Positions 9,164-19,488 of a stretch of DNA of 64,000 nucleotides are shown piece after piece. This DNA comes from Desulfotomaculum sp. (GTDB taxonomy: Bacteria > Bacillota > Desulfotomaculia > Desulfotomaculales > Desulfohalotomaculaceae), in contig JACDOL010000002.1 of NCBI GenBank assembly GCA_017656165.1, forward strand, positions 700 through 64,699, given 5' to 3'. A program made the position numbers and the translations under genes. The notes beneath the pieces are model-generated. The model saw only the letters and a program-made list of their open reading frames with translations. It made no database searches and was not told the DNA's origin. Numbering within the stretch: position 1 is the stretch's first letter; each line of letters begins with the position of its first letter.

Positions 9164-10102
9164 ATGGAATTTTATCATATACCGGTGCTGCTGGAAGAAG
9201 TAATGGAAGGATTAAATTTAAAAACTGGCGGTATATATGTAGATTGTACATTGGGAGGAGGGGGTCATACTGCCGAAATACTCAGACGAACTGCTCCTAA
9301 TGGCAAAGTAATAGGTATTGACCAGGATCCTCACGCTTTGAAAGCAGCAGAGCGGAAGCTAAAGGAATTCAGCAGCCGGTTAATAACGGTAAAATCTAAC
9401 TTTATAAAACTATCTGCGGTACTGGAAAATTTGGGTATTTATGGTATTGATGGGATATTATTTGATTTAGGAGTGTCGTCACCTCAATTAGATAACCCCG
9501 AGCGAGGCTTTTCTTATATGCATGATGCTTTCTTGGATATGCGCATGGATCCTAATAACCCGCTGACCGCGCAAAAATTAGTAAATGAACTTTCCGCTGA
9601 TGAGCTTACCCGTATTATTAAAGATTATGGTGAAGAAAAATGGGCTGCTAGAATAGCCCGTTATATTGTTAAAGAACGTGAAAAAAGGGCCATTAAAACT
9701 ACTTTTGAACTGGTGGAGATAATTAAAAAAGCTATTCCAGCTGCTGCCAGGCGTTCTGGGCCGCACCCGGCTAAACGTACTTTCCAGGCATTACGAATTG
9801 CGGTAAATAATGAGCTAAACATTTTACGTGATGCCTTTACCCAGGCTGTGGAAGCTTTAAAGCCTGGCGGAAGATTATGTGTAATAACCTTCCATTCGTT
9901 AGAGGACCGTATTACCAAAAATTTATTTAAAGAACTGGCCAAAGATTGTATTTGTCCCCCAGAACTGCCTGTCTGCCAATGCAGTACAAAAAGTAAAATT
10001 AAAATCGTCACTAGGAAACCCATTACAGCTTCTGAACGTGAACTGGTGCAGAATCCCAGGGCCCGCAGTGCAAAATTGCGTGTTGCCGAAAAAAATGGTT
10101 AG
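9164..10102 (+). CDS. rsmH: 16S rRNA (cytosine1402-N4)-methyltransferase RsmH
   Basis: YHIPVLLxEV and DCTLGGGGH motifs, positioned after mraZ. Confidence 0.92.
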   Translation: MEFYHIPVLLEEVMEGLNLKTGGIYVDCTLGGGGHTAEILRRTAPNGKVIGIDQDPHALKAAERKLKEFSSRLITVKSNFIKLSAVLENLGIYGIDGILFDLGVSSPQLDNPERGFSYMHDAFLDMRMDPNNPLTAQKLVNELSADELTRIIKDYGEEKWAARIARYIVKEREKRAIKTTFELVEIIKKAIPAAARRSGPHPAKRTFQALRIAVNNELNILRDAFTQAVEALKPGGRLCVITFHSLEDRITKNLFKELAKDCICPPELPVCQCSTKSKIKIVTRKPITASERELVQNPRARSAKLRVAEKNG

Positions 10103-10132
10103 GTTCTAAACCGCTGGGAGTGTGAATAAATT

Positions 10133-10675
10133 TTGTTATTAGCAAGGGAAAAACTGGAATACGGTGCACCATATGAAAGTGTGCCAGAAAAACAAAAACT
10201 TAATGAGAAAAGACAAAGCCGGACCAGGGTATCGCGGCAGGCAATTGTACGGAAAAAGGTAACCCTGACTTTTATGGTTTTGTGCTGCTTTGTAATGGGC
10301 ATTATGGTGGCTTATTACTATGCTCAAATTGCTTATTTGGGCTATAAAATTGATTCTCTGGAGCGAAGATTGGCAGAATTAAGGCTGGAAAGCCACAGTT
10401 TAGATCAAAAAGTAAGTAAAATAACATCTTTGCAATATATCGAGGCCATTGCCACCAGTGAATTGGGGATGGTTAAACCCAGTGGCAGAAATGTGGTATT
10501 GGTATCAAATTCTCCGGTGGAAGAAGAGAATACAGAACGGGCACCGGCAGATGATGAAAGGCAGTTGGCGCAAAAAGAAACCATTACGCTGCCGGGAGAA
10601 ACACAAACGGACGAATCATCCAGGAATAGATTCATTCAAGCTTTTGCCGAAATGGTAGAAAATTGGCATTCCTAG
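10133..10675 (+). CDS. ftsL: Cell division protein FtsL-like (septum formation initiator family)
   Basis: Basic N-terminus, a single TM helix, then a coiled coil, in the conserved position between rsmH and the class B PBP. The TTG start is uncertain. Confidence 0.6.
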   Translation: MLLAREKLEYGAPYESVPEKQKLNEKRQSRTRVSRQAIVRKKVTLTFMVLCCFVMGIMVAYYYAQIAYLGYKIDSLERRLAELRLESHSLDQKVSKITSLQYIEAIATSELGMVKPSGRNVVLVSNSPVEEENTERAPADDERQLAQKETITLPGETQTDESSRNRFIQAFAEMVENWHS

Positions 10676-10723
10676 AAGCTTGTTTTATGGACCAACCGGT
10701 GGCAGGGCCGATAGGAGGTAGAA

Positions 10724-12856
10724 ATGAGAAATACGAATATAGTTATCCGCAAGCGGATTGCCCTGCTGTTTGTCCTGGCTGTAACTATAATGTTTCTTTT
10801 GATAATAAGGATTGCATATATTCAATTTGTCCGTGGAGATGAGCTTAGTAAAAAAGCAGCTACTTACCGAATGAGAGAAGTGCCGGTTGAGGCTAAGCGG
10901 GGAACCATTTATGACCGTAATATGAATGAATTGGTAACCAGTATTAGTTCGGATTCCATATATGCCATACCCTCCCATGTTAAGGATAAGGAAGGTACCG
11001 CCAAAAAGCTGGCTGAAATTTTAAATATGGATGAAGAAGATATATTAAAAAAATTGAAGCGGAAAAGTTCATTTGAGTGGATAAAAAGAAAAATTGACTG
11101 GGATACTGCCCAAAAAATTAAAGCTCTTAAATTGAATGGGATAGGGTTTGCGGAAGAAAGTAAGCGGTTTTATAAACAGGGAGCACTAGCTCCCCATATA
11201 CTTGGTTTTACCGGAGTTGATAACCAGGGACTAATAGGAATTGAAAAAACTTTTGATGACCAGCTTAAAGGTGTTCCCGGGCAGATAATGGTGGAATATG
11301 ATGCTGCCGGCAGGGAAATTCCTCATGCCATGCATGAATATATATCTCCGCAGCAGGGAAATAACTTGGTGCTGACCATAGACCAAACTATACAATATTT
11401 TGTAGAACGGGAACTGGATAAAATTGTTGATAAGTATAATCCTACCAATGCAGTAATTATAGTTATGGATCCCAAAACCGGGGAGATTTTAGCCATGGGA
11501 AATCGCCCCACTTTTAATCCCAACAACTGGCAGGATTACCGTTCATCGATCTGGGACCGCAACCCTTCCATCTGGTACAATTATGAACCTGGCTCAACGT
11601 TTAAAATTATTACTGCAGCAGCAGCTTTAGAAGAAAATGTAGTAGAAATGGATGAACACTTTTACTGCCCGGGTTACATAAAAGTGGCAGATAGACGTAT
11701 TCACTGCTGGAAGCATGGCGGTCACGGCAGCGAAACTTTCGTGGAAGTGGTTCAAAATTCTTGTAACTCTGGATTTATAGAGGTTGGGCTTGACCTAGGC
11801 AAGGAAAAATTTTACAAGTATATAAAGGCTTTTGGGTTTGGTCAGTTAACTAATATAGAACTACCTGGTGAAGCCAGGGGAATTGTTATTAATGAAAAAG
11901 ATGCTACAAATCTTAACCTTGCTACCATGGCCATGGGTCAATCCATTGCTGTCACCCCTATCCAGTTAATTACAGCCGTATCGGCAGCGGTAAATGGTGG
12001 GCATTTATTAAAGCCCTACTTGGTAAAGGAAATAAGAGACAGTGAAAATAAGGTGGTTAAAGAATTTAAGCCCCAAAAAGTCCGGCAGGTAATTTCTGAG
12101 GATACATCGCAGCGGCTGCGCAAGCTTTTAGAGAGAGTTGTTTTATACGGTACCGGTAAAAATGCCTACGTTGAAGGCTATCCTGCAGGAGGGAAAACCG
12201 GTACAGCCCAAGTTGTGGGCAGCAGCGGGGGATATGTAAGCGGTAAATATGTGGCATCTTTTGCGGGCTTTGCTCCGGTTGATGACCCCCGTATTGCGGT
12301 ACTAATTATGATTAGGGAGCCCAAGGGCGGTGTTTATTTTGGTGGGCAGGTAGCTGCACCTGTTTTTGCCCCCCTGGCCAGAGACATTCTGCGTTACATG
12401 GGGGTTCCAGAGAAAAGAGACATGGAACGACCGAAGAAACCATTTGAGATACCCAAACAGGTGATGGAAGTTGAAGTTCCCAATGTTGTTAATTTACCGC
12501 TGAGCGAAGCACAAAAGGAACTTCGTTCTGCAGGGTTAGCTTTTCAAGTTAAAGGAAACGGAAAAATGGTATACAGGCAGATTCCCGAAGAGGGGGCTGT
12601 AGTTGAAAGCGGAACAACAGTGCTTCTGGATACTACTCAACCTGCTGAACTGCAGGATGGCAAGGTAACTATGCCTGATTTAACCGGGTGTACCATAAAA
12701 GAGGCTGGTATGCTGTTGGAAAGTATAGATCTGCATCTAGAAGCTTCCGGCAGTGGATTAGCAGCCAGCCAAAGTGTAAAGCCGGGAACAAAAGTAAGCA
12801 AAGGAACTACGGTTAAGGTAATATTTAAACCTCCGGGAAAAAGTAAGCAGCCATAA
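10724..12856 (+). CDS. Class B penicillin-binding protein (SpoVD/FtsI type) with two C-terminal PASTA domains
   Basis: TM anchor, PBP dimer domain, and transpeptidase motifs STFK, SCN and KTGT. Two PASTA repeats lie at the C-terminus. Strong RBS AGGAGG. Confidence 0.9.
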   Translation: MRNTNIVIRKRIALLFVLAVTIMFLLIIRIAYIQFVRGDELSKKAATYRMREVPVEAKRGTIYDRNMNELVTSISSDSIYAIPSHVKDKEGTAKKLAEILNMDEEDILKKLKRKSSFEWIKRKIDWDTAQKIKALKLNGIGFAEESKRFYKQGALAPHILGFTGVDNQGLIGIEKTFDDQLKGVPGQIMVEYDAAGREIPHAMHEYISPQQGNNLVLTIDQTIQYFVERELDKIVDKYNPTNAVIIVMDPKTGEILAMGNRPTFNPNNWQDYRSSIWDRNPSIWYNYEPGSTFKIITAAAALEENVVEMDEHFYCPGYIKVADRRIHCWKHGGHGSETFVEVVQNSCNSGFIEVGLDLGKEKFYKYIKAFGFGQLTNIELPGEARGIVINEKDATNLNLATMAMGQSIAVTPIQLITAVSAAVNGGHLLKPYLVKEIRDSENKVVKEFKPQKVRQVISEDTSQRLRKLLERVVLYGTGKNAYVEGYPAGGKTGTAQVVGSSGGYVSGKYVASFAGFAPVDDPRIAVLIMIREPKGGVYFGGQVAAPVFAPLARDILRYMGVPEKRDMERPKKPFEIPKQVMEVEVPNVVNLPLSEAQKELRSAGLAFQVKGNGKMVYRQIPEEGAVVESGTTVLLDTTQPAELQDGKVTMPDLTGCTIKEAGMLLESIDLHLEASGSGLAASQSVKPGTKVSKGTTVKVIFKPPGKSKQP

Positions 12857-12860
12857 ATAA

Positions 12861-12906
12861 AAACTCAGGTCCGCCGCAGGTTATCTGTGGCAACCTGAGT
12901 TTTTTA
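12861..12906 (+). terminator. Rho-independent terminator after the PBP gene
   Basis: AAAACTCAGGT ... ACCTGAGTTTTT long hairpin with a T-tract. Confidence 0.7.
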
Positions 12907-13037
12907 AAGAAAATGTAATGATTTTTAAGAGTAATGGCTTAAAACAGGCTTTTATGATAAAATGTTTATTTAGATTAATAAACTTCAAATATTTGGTAAA
13001 ATTATATTAATATAAAATATTAAAGGAGGAGCTGTTT

Positions 13038-14498
13038 TTGCTTTTTAGCGAGCTTATAAAAGAATTAAGTGTAAGTAAGATAAAAGGTGACTTGAATATC
13101 CCCGTAAAAGGGATTGCTTACGATTCCAGAAAAGTTCAACCGGGGTATGTTTTTGTGGCTGTTCCAGGTTTTGTCACAGACGGCCACAGGTATATTAACA
13201 ATGCTGTAGAAAAAGGTGCTTCAGCACTTATAGTGGAAAAGGAAGTGGATGCCCCGGGGATAACAACCGTTCAGGTAAGAGACAGCCGCCTGGCATTAGC
13301 CCAGGTATCAAATAAATTTTACGATTATCCTTCAAAAAAATTAACCCTTACTGGTGTAACCGGCACAAATGGAAAGACTACTACTACGCACCTGGTGGCT
13401 AACATTTATAAAGCTGCAGGTTATAAAACTGGCCTGGTGGGGACAATTCAAAACCTTATTGGCGGCAAAGAAGTCAACGCATCCAGAACTACACCCGAGT
13501 CCCTGGAACTTCAGCGGCTGCTTGCAGAAATGGTTAACAGTGGGGTTACTCATGCGGCCATGGAAGTATCTTCTCATGCCCTGGCCCTTAACAGAACTTA
13601 TGGTGTTGATTTTGATGCGGCCATATTTACCAATCTTTCCCAGGACCATTTGGACTTTCACCATGATATGGATGATTATGCAGCAGCCAAGGCCAAACTC
13701 TTTGCAGCTGCGCCATTATCCGTGGTAAATACTGATGATGAACGGGGGCAGGACATGGTTCAAGCCAGCCGCGGGGACGTTGTTACTTACGGTCTGCATA
13801 AACCTGCTGATGTCAGTGCCAGGGACGTAAGTATAACTGCCAGGGGAGTGTCCTTTGTCACAACTGGGAAATACGGCGAACATTTGCTAAATTTAAATTT
13901 AACTGGTGAGTTTAATGTTTATAATGCCCTGGCTGCCTTTACACTGGGGATGGCCCAGGGGTTTGACCCGGAAACGGTAAAAATGGCCCTGGAAGGTGTG
14001 CAGGGGGTAGCAGGCCGTTTTGAGCTGGTGGACTGCGGCCAGCCTTTTGCAGTGGTGGTGGATTATGCCCACACGCCTGACGGGTTGGAAAATATATTAA
14101 AGACAGCTAGGCAGCTTGCAGATAACCGTCTTATTGCTGTATTTGGCTGCGGCGGCGACAGAGACCGTACTAAGAGGCCGATAATGGGCAAAATAGGCTC
14201 AAGCTTGAGTGATGTGGCAGTTATAACCTCTGATAATCCCCGTACCGAGGACCCGCAGAAAATAATTAACGACATACTGGAAGGATTAAAGTCAGGCGGG
14301 GAAAAAAATTATACTGTAATACCGGATCGAAAAGAAGCCATAGCCTATGCCATTAAAAAAGCTGCACCAGGAGACGTGGTAGTGATAGCAGGTAAAGGGC
14401 ATGAAACATATCAAATTATTGGAAACATAAAATATGACTTTGATGACCGGGCTGTAGCTGCGGAAGTATTAAAAGAGCTGGGCTATGATAAGTCCTAG
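13038..14498 (+). CDS. murE: UDP-N-acetylmuramoyl-L-alanyl-D-glutamate--2,6-diaminopimelate ligase MurE
   Basis: GVTGTNGKTTT P-loop and a DNPR motif (SDNPRTEDP), which indicates meso-DAP specificity. Confidence 0.92.
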   Translation: MLFSELIKELSVSKIKGDLNIPVKGIAYDSRKVQPGYVFVAVPGFVTDGHRYINNAVEKGASALIVEKEVDAPGITTVQVRDSRLALAQVSNKFYDYPSKKLTLTGVTGTNGKTTTTHLVANIYKAAGYKTGLVGTIQNLIGGKEVNASRTTPESLELQRLLAEMVNSGVTHAAMEVSSHALALNRTYGVDFDAAIFTNLSQDHLDFHHDMDDYAAAKAKLFAAAPLSVVNTDDERGQDMVQASRGDVVTYGLHKPADVSARDVSITARGVSFVTTGKYGEHLLNLNLTGEFNVYNALAAFTLGMAQGFDPETVKMALEGVQGVAGRFELVDCGQPFAVVVDYAHTPDGLENILKTARQLADNRLIAVFGCGGDRDRTKRPIMGKIGSSLSDVAVITSDNPRTEDPQKIINDILEGLKSGGEKNYTVIPDRKEAIAYAIKKAAPGDVVVIAGKGHETYQIIGNIKYDFDDRAVAAEVLKELGYDKS

Positions 14499-14527
14499 TT
14501 TAAATGTTTCAAGTGCAGGTGTTATTT

Positions 14528-15907
14528 ATGAAAGAGCTTACTGTTGGCGAGATAGCTTCTATAGTTAATGGAGAGCTGATTCAGGGCAATCCAAGGCAGC
14601 CGGTAAAAGATGTTAGCACCGATACCAGGACTATAAAACCGGGCGATTTATTTTTTGCCCTGGCAGGGGAAAAGTATGATGGCCATGACTTTGTTGGGCA
14701 GGCAGTGGATGCTGGTGCTGGTGGTTTGGTGCTGGCCAGGGAAATACCAGAACTTAAGAACCAGGTACCGGTGATAATAGTACAGGATACTTTGAAGGCC
14801 CTGCAGCTGCTTGCTTCATATAACCGGCGCCAATTTGATATTCCCGTGATTGGAATTACCGGCAGCAACGGGAAAACCACAACTAAAGATTTAGTGGCAT
14901 CGGTGTTAAGCCAAAAATACCGGGTGTTAAAAACCAGGGGAAATTTAAACAATGAAATTGGCCTGCCCCTTACCCTGCTGCAGCTGGATGAGCATCATAC
15001 TGCTGCAGTGTTAGAAATGGGGATGCGAGGCCTTGGGCAGATAGATGAACTGTGCAGGATAGCCGGTATAACTGCAGGGGTAATAACCAACATCGGTGAG
15101 ACCCACTTGGAATTATTAGGTTCCGTGGAAAATATTGCTCAAGCAAAGGGAGAAATATTAAAAAATGTTCCTGCCGGGGGATTCGGGCTGGTCCCTGCTG
15201 ACAGTCCGCATGCAAAAGTACAGGCCCAAAAGTGTAAGGGTAAGGTTTACACCTTTGGGGTAAATTGTACGGCTGATTACACAGCCTGTGATGTGGAGCT
15301 TAAAGATAAAGGCAGCAGGTTTACAGCTGTCACTCCTGCAGGTAAAAAGATAGTTGAGTTTCCCGTCCCAGGCAGGCATAATATTTCCAATGCTATGGCT
15401 GCATTAGCGGTAGGTCTAAACCTTGGCCTTACACTGGAAGACTGCGTGGAAGGATTAGAGAAGGCTGAAATAACATCAATGAGGCTGCAGGTAATTACTG
15501 CTGGTGAAGTTACAATTATTAATGATACTTACAATGCCAATCCCGATTCTACTAAAGCTGCCCTGGATACTTTAAAAGACCTGGCCGGGGGTCGCCGGCA
15601 GGTTGCAGTACTGGGCAGTATGTTTGAACTGGGTTGGAGGGAAAAAGAGGGACACTATGAAACCGGAAAGGCAGCAGCGAAAGTTGATCTTTTAGTGGCA
15701 GTAGGAGAACTGGCCAAGAACATTGCCCAGGGTGCAGTGGATGCTGGTATGCTTCCACAACAGGTTCAGTGGTTTGCAGATAAACAATCGGCTGCCGAAT
15801 TTTTAAAGAAAGCTATTCTTCCCCGGGACGTGGTTCTGGTAAAAGGTTCCCGTGGGATGCGTATGGAAGAGCTGGTAGAGGTAATGAAGCAGGAGGTTAA
15901 GCAGTGA
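14528..15907 (+). CDS. murF: UDP-N-acetylmuramoyl-tripeptide--D-alanyl-D-alanine ligase MurF
   Basis: GITGSNGKTTTK P-loop and Mur ligase middle and C-terminal domains. ATG 14528 is preferred over the ORF-track start at 14504. Confidence 0.9.
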   Translation: MKELTVGEIASIVNGELIQGNPRQPVKDVSTDTRTIKPGDLFFALAGEKYDGHDFVGQAVDAGAGGLVLAREIPELKNQVPVIIVQDTLKALQLLASYNRRQFDIPVIGITGSNGKTTTKDLVASVLSQKYRVLKTRGNLNNEIGLPLTLLQLDEHHTAAVLEMGMRGLGQIDELCRIAGITAGVITNIGETHLELLGSVENIAQAKGEILKNVPAGGFGLVPADSPHAKVQAQKCKGKVYTFGVNCTADYTACDVELKDKGSRFTAVTPAGKKIVEFPVPGRHNISNAMAALAVGLNLGLTLEDCVEGLEKAEITSMRLQVITAGEVTIINDTYNANPDSTKAALDTLKDLAGGRRQVAVLGSMFELGWREKEGHYETGKAAAKVDLLVAVGELAKNIAQGAVDAGMLPQQVQWFADKQSAAEFLKKAILPRDVVLVKGSRGMRMEELVEVMKQEVKQ

Positions 15908-16929
15908 AAGAAGTATACGGGGATATTATTAAATACCTTTTTACTGCCTTTGGAATGTCATTTTTAATAACAGCTGTTATGGGGCCCTTAATGATACCTC
16001 TTTTAAGAAGGCTTAAATTCGGTCAAAACGTGCGGGATGATGGCCCGCAGCGGCATTTAAAAAAGGCTGGAACCCCAACCATGGGCGGTATTATGTTTCT
16101 TATTGCCATTGCAATAACCGGTTTTACCTTACTGCGAGCGGGGATACCGCTGGCCAGTTCCAAAGATGGCCTGGTGCTTCTGTTAGTTATTCTGGGTTTT
16201 GGTATAATAGGGTTTTTAGATGACTTTATAAAAATTGGTTTAAAAAGGTCCTTAGGTTTAAGGGCCAGGGAAAAGCTCATAGGTCAAATAATATTGTCGC
16301 TGGGACTGGGTGTTATTGCGGTAACAGTACTGGGAAGAGGTACAGATGTGATTATTCCCTTTTCAGGGTTCTTTGTTGACAATGGTTTAAGATACGAGCT
16401 GGGTGCGGCAGGATTTTTTCTGTTTGTAATCTTGGTTGTTGTTGGTACCAGCAACGCGGTGAATCTAACCGATGGTCTGGATGGTTTAGCTGCTGGGACA
16501 ACTGCCGTGGCTGCAATTCCCTTTATAGCAATTTCTTTAATCACTGGTAAAGCTGCTGTTGCACTGGTACTGTCTGCGGTAACCGGCGGGTGCCTAGGCT
16601 TTTTAATATACAACCGCTACCCGGCAAAGGTATTTATGGGTGATACTGGTTCCCTTGCTCTAGGTGGGGCATTGGGAGCAGCTGCTGTGCTTACCCGCAG
16701 CGAGATGTTCCTGGTAGTTGTAGGCGGTATTTTTGTTTTAGAAGCTTTGTCGGTAATCCTTCAAGTGCTGTCGTTTAAACTTACAGGGAAGAGAATACTG
16801 CGGATGAGCCCACTGCATCATCATTTTGAATTAACAGGTTGGCCAGAAACAAAAGTTGTAGTGGCATTTTGGTTTGGAGGAATATTTTTTGCCGTATTAG
16901 GTATTTTGGGGCTTTATAACCTAGTATAG
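15904..16929 (+). CDS. mraY: Phospho-N-acetylmuramoyl-pentapeptide transferase MraY
   Basis: GTPTMGG and NAVNLTDGLDGLA motifs. The GTG start overlaps the murF stop. Confidence 0.92.
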   Translation: MKEVYGDIIKYLFTAFGMSFLITAVMGPLMIPLLRRLKFGQNVRDDGPQRHLKKAGTPTMGGIMFLIAIAITGFTLLRAGIPLASSKDGLVLLLVILGFGIIGFLDDFIKIGLKRSLGLRAREKLIGQIILSLGLGVIAVTVLGRGTDVIIPFSGFFVDNGLRYELGAAGFFLFVILVVVGTSNAVNLTDGLDGLAAGTTAVAAIPFIAISLITGKAAVALVLSAVTGGCLGFLIYNRYPAKVFMGDTGSLALGGALGAAAVLTRSEMFLVVVGGIFVLEALSVILQVLSFKLTGKRILRMSPLHHHFELTGWPETKVVVAFWFGGIFFAVLGILGLYNLV

Positions 16930-16956
16930 ACTTGACAGAAGGATGGGATATAAACA

Positions 16957-18318
16957 ATGCATTTGGATGATAAAAAAGCACTGGTTGTTGGTGCAGCTAG
17001 GAGCGGCATTGCAGCTGCTAAATTTCTGGCAGAAAAAGGTGCAGATGTTACTTTAACTGATGCAAAAGATGAACAGCAGCTGGGAAAAGATGTTCAGCAG
17101 CTTGCCGAAAAGAATGTAAAACTGGCCTTAGGAGGGCATTACCCTGACCCAGTTGTTGAAAAATACCACATGGTTGTTGTCAGCCCTGGTGTGCCTTTAA
17201 CAGCACCACCGGTAGCCCGGGCCATGGAGGGGAATATTCCAGTAATTGGTGAATTGGAACTGGCGTTTAGATTTGCAGAGTCACCAATAGTGGCAATTAC
17301 AGGAACCAATGGCAAAACTACAACAACTTCATTGGTAGGAGAGATATTTAAAAATGCTGGTGTCAAGACCTTGGTAGCAGGAAATATTGGTGTTCCGTTA
17401 ATCAGCCAGGTTGAAAAATACACTGAGGACGATGTTATAGTGGCTGAGGTATCCAGCTTCCAGTTAGAAACAATTCAAACTTTTCGGCCCAAGGTATCAG
17501 TAATCTTAAATGTTACCCCCGACCACTTGGACAGGCATGGAACCATGGAAAATTATATCTCAGCAAAGGGCAAAATATTTTCTAACCAGTCACCGTTTGA
17601 CTATACGGTGTTAAATTATGACCAGCCGGATGTTGCTGCCTTGGCAAAACATTCCATGGGACGGGTTATATTTTTCAGCTGCCGGCATAATTTAGATAGA
17701 GGGGTTTATATTCAAAATGGGAATATCGTGGCGGCATTGGATGGCAGTCCCGTCCATATACTTCCCGTAGAGAAACTGAGTATCCCTGGAGAGCATAACT
17801 TAGAAAATGCCCTAGCTGCAGTGGCCTGTGCAGCAGCCATGGGTATTGAGTTTAGTGTAATTAAACAAACACTAAGTACCTTTCCCGGGGTAGCCCACAG
17901 GTTAGAAACTGTGGCAGCGATAAACGGGGTATCTTATGTAAATGATTCCAAGGCAACTAATCCTGATGCAGCAGTTAAAGCGCTGGATGCCTTTAAGCAG
18001 CCAATTATACTTATTGCTGGTGGGCTTAACAAGGGCAGTGACTTTACTGCCTTTGCTAAAAAGATTAAAGAGAAAGTTAGGGTATTAATCCTGCTTGGTA
18101 AGGATGGATACCAAATAGAACAGGCAGTAAAAGAGCAGAATTATGACAGGTATGTAAAAGTTGAAAATTTCCTGGAAGCAGTTAAGGTAGCTCACAAGGT
18201 AGCAAAACCTGGAGAAGTTGTTCTTCTTTCACCTGCTTGTGCCAGCTGGGATATGTTTAACAGTTATGAAGAGCGGGGCGACCTTTTTCGGGATTTGGTG
18301 CTGAAATTGAGGGGGTAA
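16957..18318 (+). CDS. murD: UDP-N-acetylmuramoylalanine--D-glutamate ligase MurD
   Basis: Rossmann-like N-terminus (VVGAARSG) and ITGTNGKTTT P-loop. Confidence 0.92.
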   Translation: MHLDDKKALVVGAARSGIAAAKFLAEKGADVTLTDAKDEQQLGKDVQQLAEKNVKLALGGHYPDPVVEKYHMVVVSPGVPLTAPPVARAMEGNIPVIGELELAFRFAESPIVAITGTNGKTTTTSLVGEIFKNAGVKTLVAGNIGVPLISQVEKYTEDDVIVAEVSSFQLETIQTFRPKVSVILNVTPDHLDRHGTMENYISAKGKIFSNQSPFDYTVLNYDQPDVAALAKHSMGRVIFFSCRHNLDRGVYIQNGNIVAALDGSPVHILPVEKLSIPGEHNLENALAAVACAAAMGIEFSVIKQTLSTFPGVAHRLETVAAINGVSYVNDSKATNPDAAVKALDAFKQPIILIAGGLNKGSDFTAFAKKIKEKVRVLILLGKDGYQIEQAVKEQNYDRYVKVENFLEAVKVAHKVAKPGEVVLLSPACASWDMFNSYEERGDLFRDLVLKLRG

Positions 18319-18322
18319 TGTT

Positions 18323-19426
18323 TTGCGGTTAAAGAAAAAGTCACCGGACTTTATTCTTTTTCTTACCGTATTAATGCTTTTAAGCATCGGTATTGTTATG
18401 GTTTTTAGCGCCAGCCAGTATGTAACTATCGTTCGTTATCAAAATGCTTTTTACTTTTTTGAAAGGCAAATGCTGTGGGCGTTAATTGGAGTAACAGCCA
18501 TGATTTTTACTATGAATTTTGATTATTATAAACTTAAACCTTGGATTGGGCCAATTCTTATAGTTGGATTTTTATTACTGGTGCTGGTACTAATACCGGG
18601 GATAGGTAAGGAGGTAAATGGTTCCAGACGGTGGATTGACCTGGGTATTATTTCCTTTGCCCCGGCAGAACTGGTTAAATTCTGTTTAATAACATTTGTG
18701 GCTTTCGCCTTATCAAAAAGACCGGGCCAGGTACGGGAGTTTAAAACTGGGCTTTTGCCCTATTTAATACTAATGGGAATAGCAGCCGGGTTAATCTTGA
18801 TGCAGCCTGACCTGGGAACTGCGGTAACGCTTTGCGGTACTCTAATGCTAATGTTTTTGGCTGCCGGGGCACGGATGAGTCACTTGTTTGCACTGGGCGG
18901 CCTGGGCATAGCTGCTGTGGCTCTAGCTATTTATTTTGAGCCGTACAGGATAAAACGTTTTTTGTCTTTCTTAGACCCGGCGGCAGATCCCCTGGGTTCC
19001 GGCTACCAGATAATTCAGTCCCTTTATGCCTTGGGTTCAGGGGGATTATTTGGTATGGGCTTGGGCCAGAGCAAGCAAAAATTTTTATGGTTACCAGAAA
19101 ACCATACTGACTTTATATTTGCCATTATCGGAGAAGAACTGGGATTTATCGGGGCGTCACTGGTAATATTGTTATTTATCCTGCTGGCCTGGCGGGGGTT
19201 TAAGATAGCCATCACTTCTCCAGATTCTTTTGCCAGTCTGCTGGCCACAGGCATTACCTCAGGGATTGTACTGCAGGCAATTATTAATATAGCGGTTGTT
19301 ACCGGGTCAATGCCTGTTACCGGGATGCCGCTGCCCTTTATCAGTTTTGGCGGTACATCATTACTATTTACTCTGATGGGCGTGGGAATACTGCTTAATA
19401 TATCAAAGTACACCACGCCAAGATAG
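18323..19426 (+). CDS. SEDS-family peptidoglycan glycosyltransferase FtsW/SpoVE
   Basis: Ten-TM SEDS profile (PxELxK, SGYQ, GxGxGxS and TDFIFA motifs), in the conserved position between murD and murG. Confidence 0.9.
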   Translation: MRLKKKSPDFILFLTVLMLLSIGIVMVFSASQYVTIVRYQNAFYFFERQMLWALIGVTAMIFTMNFDYYKLKPWIGPILIVGFLLLVLVLIPGIGKEVNGSRRWIDLGIISFAPAELVKFCLITFVAFALSKRPGQVREFKTGLLPYLILMGIAAGLILMQPDLGTAVTLCGTLMLMFLAAGARMSHLFALGGLGIAAVALAIYFEPYRIKRFLSFLDPAADPLGSGYQIIQSLYALGSGGLFGMGLGQSKQKFLWLPENHTDFIFAIIGEELGFIGASLVILLFILLAWRGFKIAITSPDSFASLLATGITSGIVLQAIINIAVVTGSMPVTGMPLPFISFGGTSLLFTLMGVGILLNISKYTTPR

Positions 19427-19488
19427 AGATTAAATATTATTTGTTTAGAGATAATGATATAAACGGGAAGGGGAAGAGGTGTTTCTTT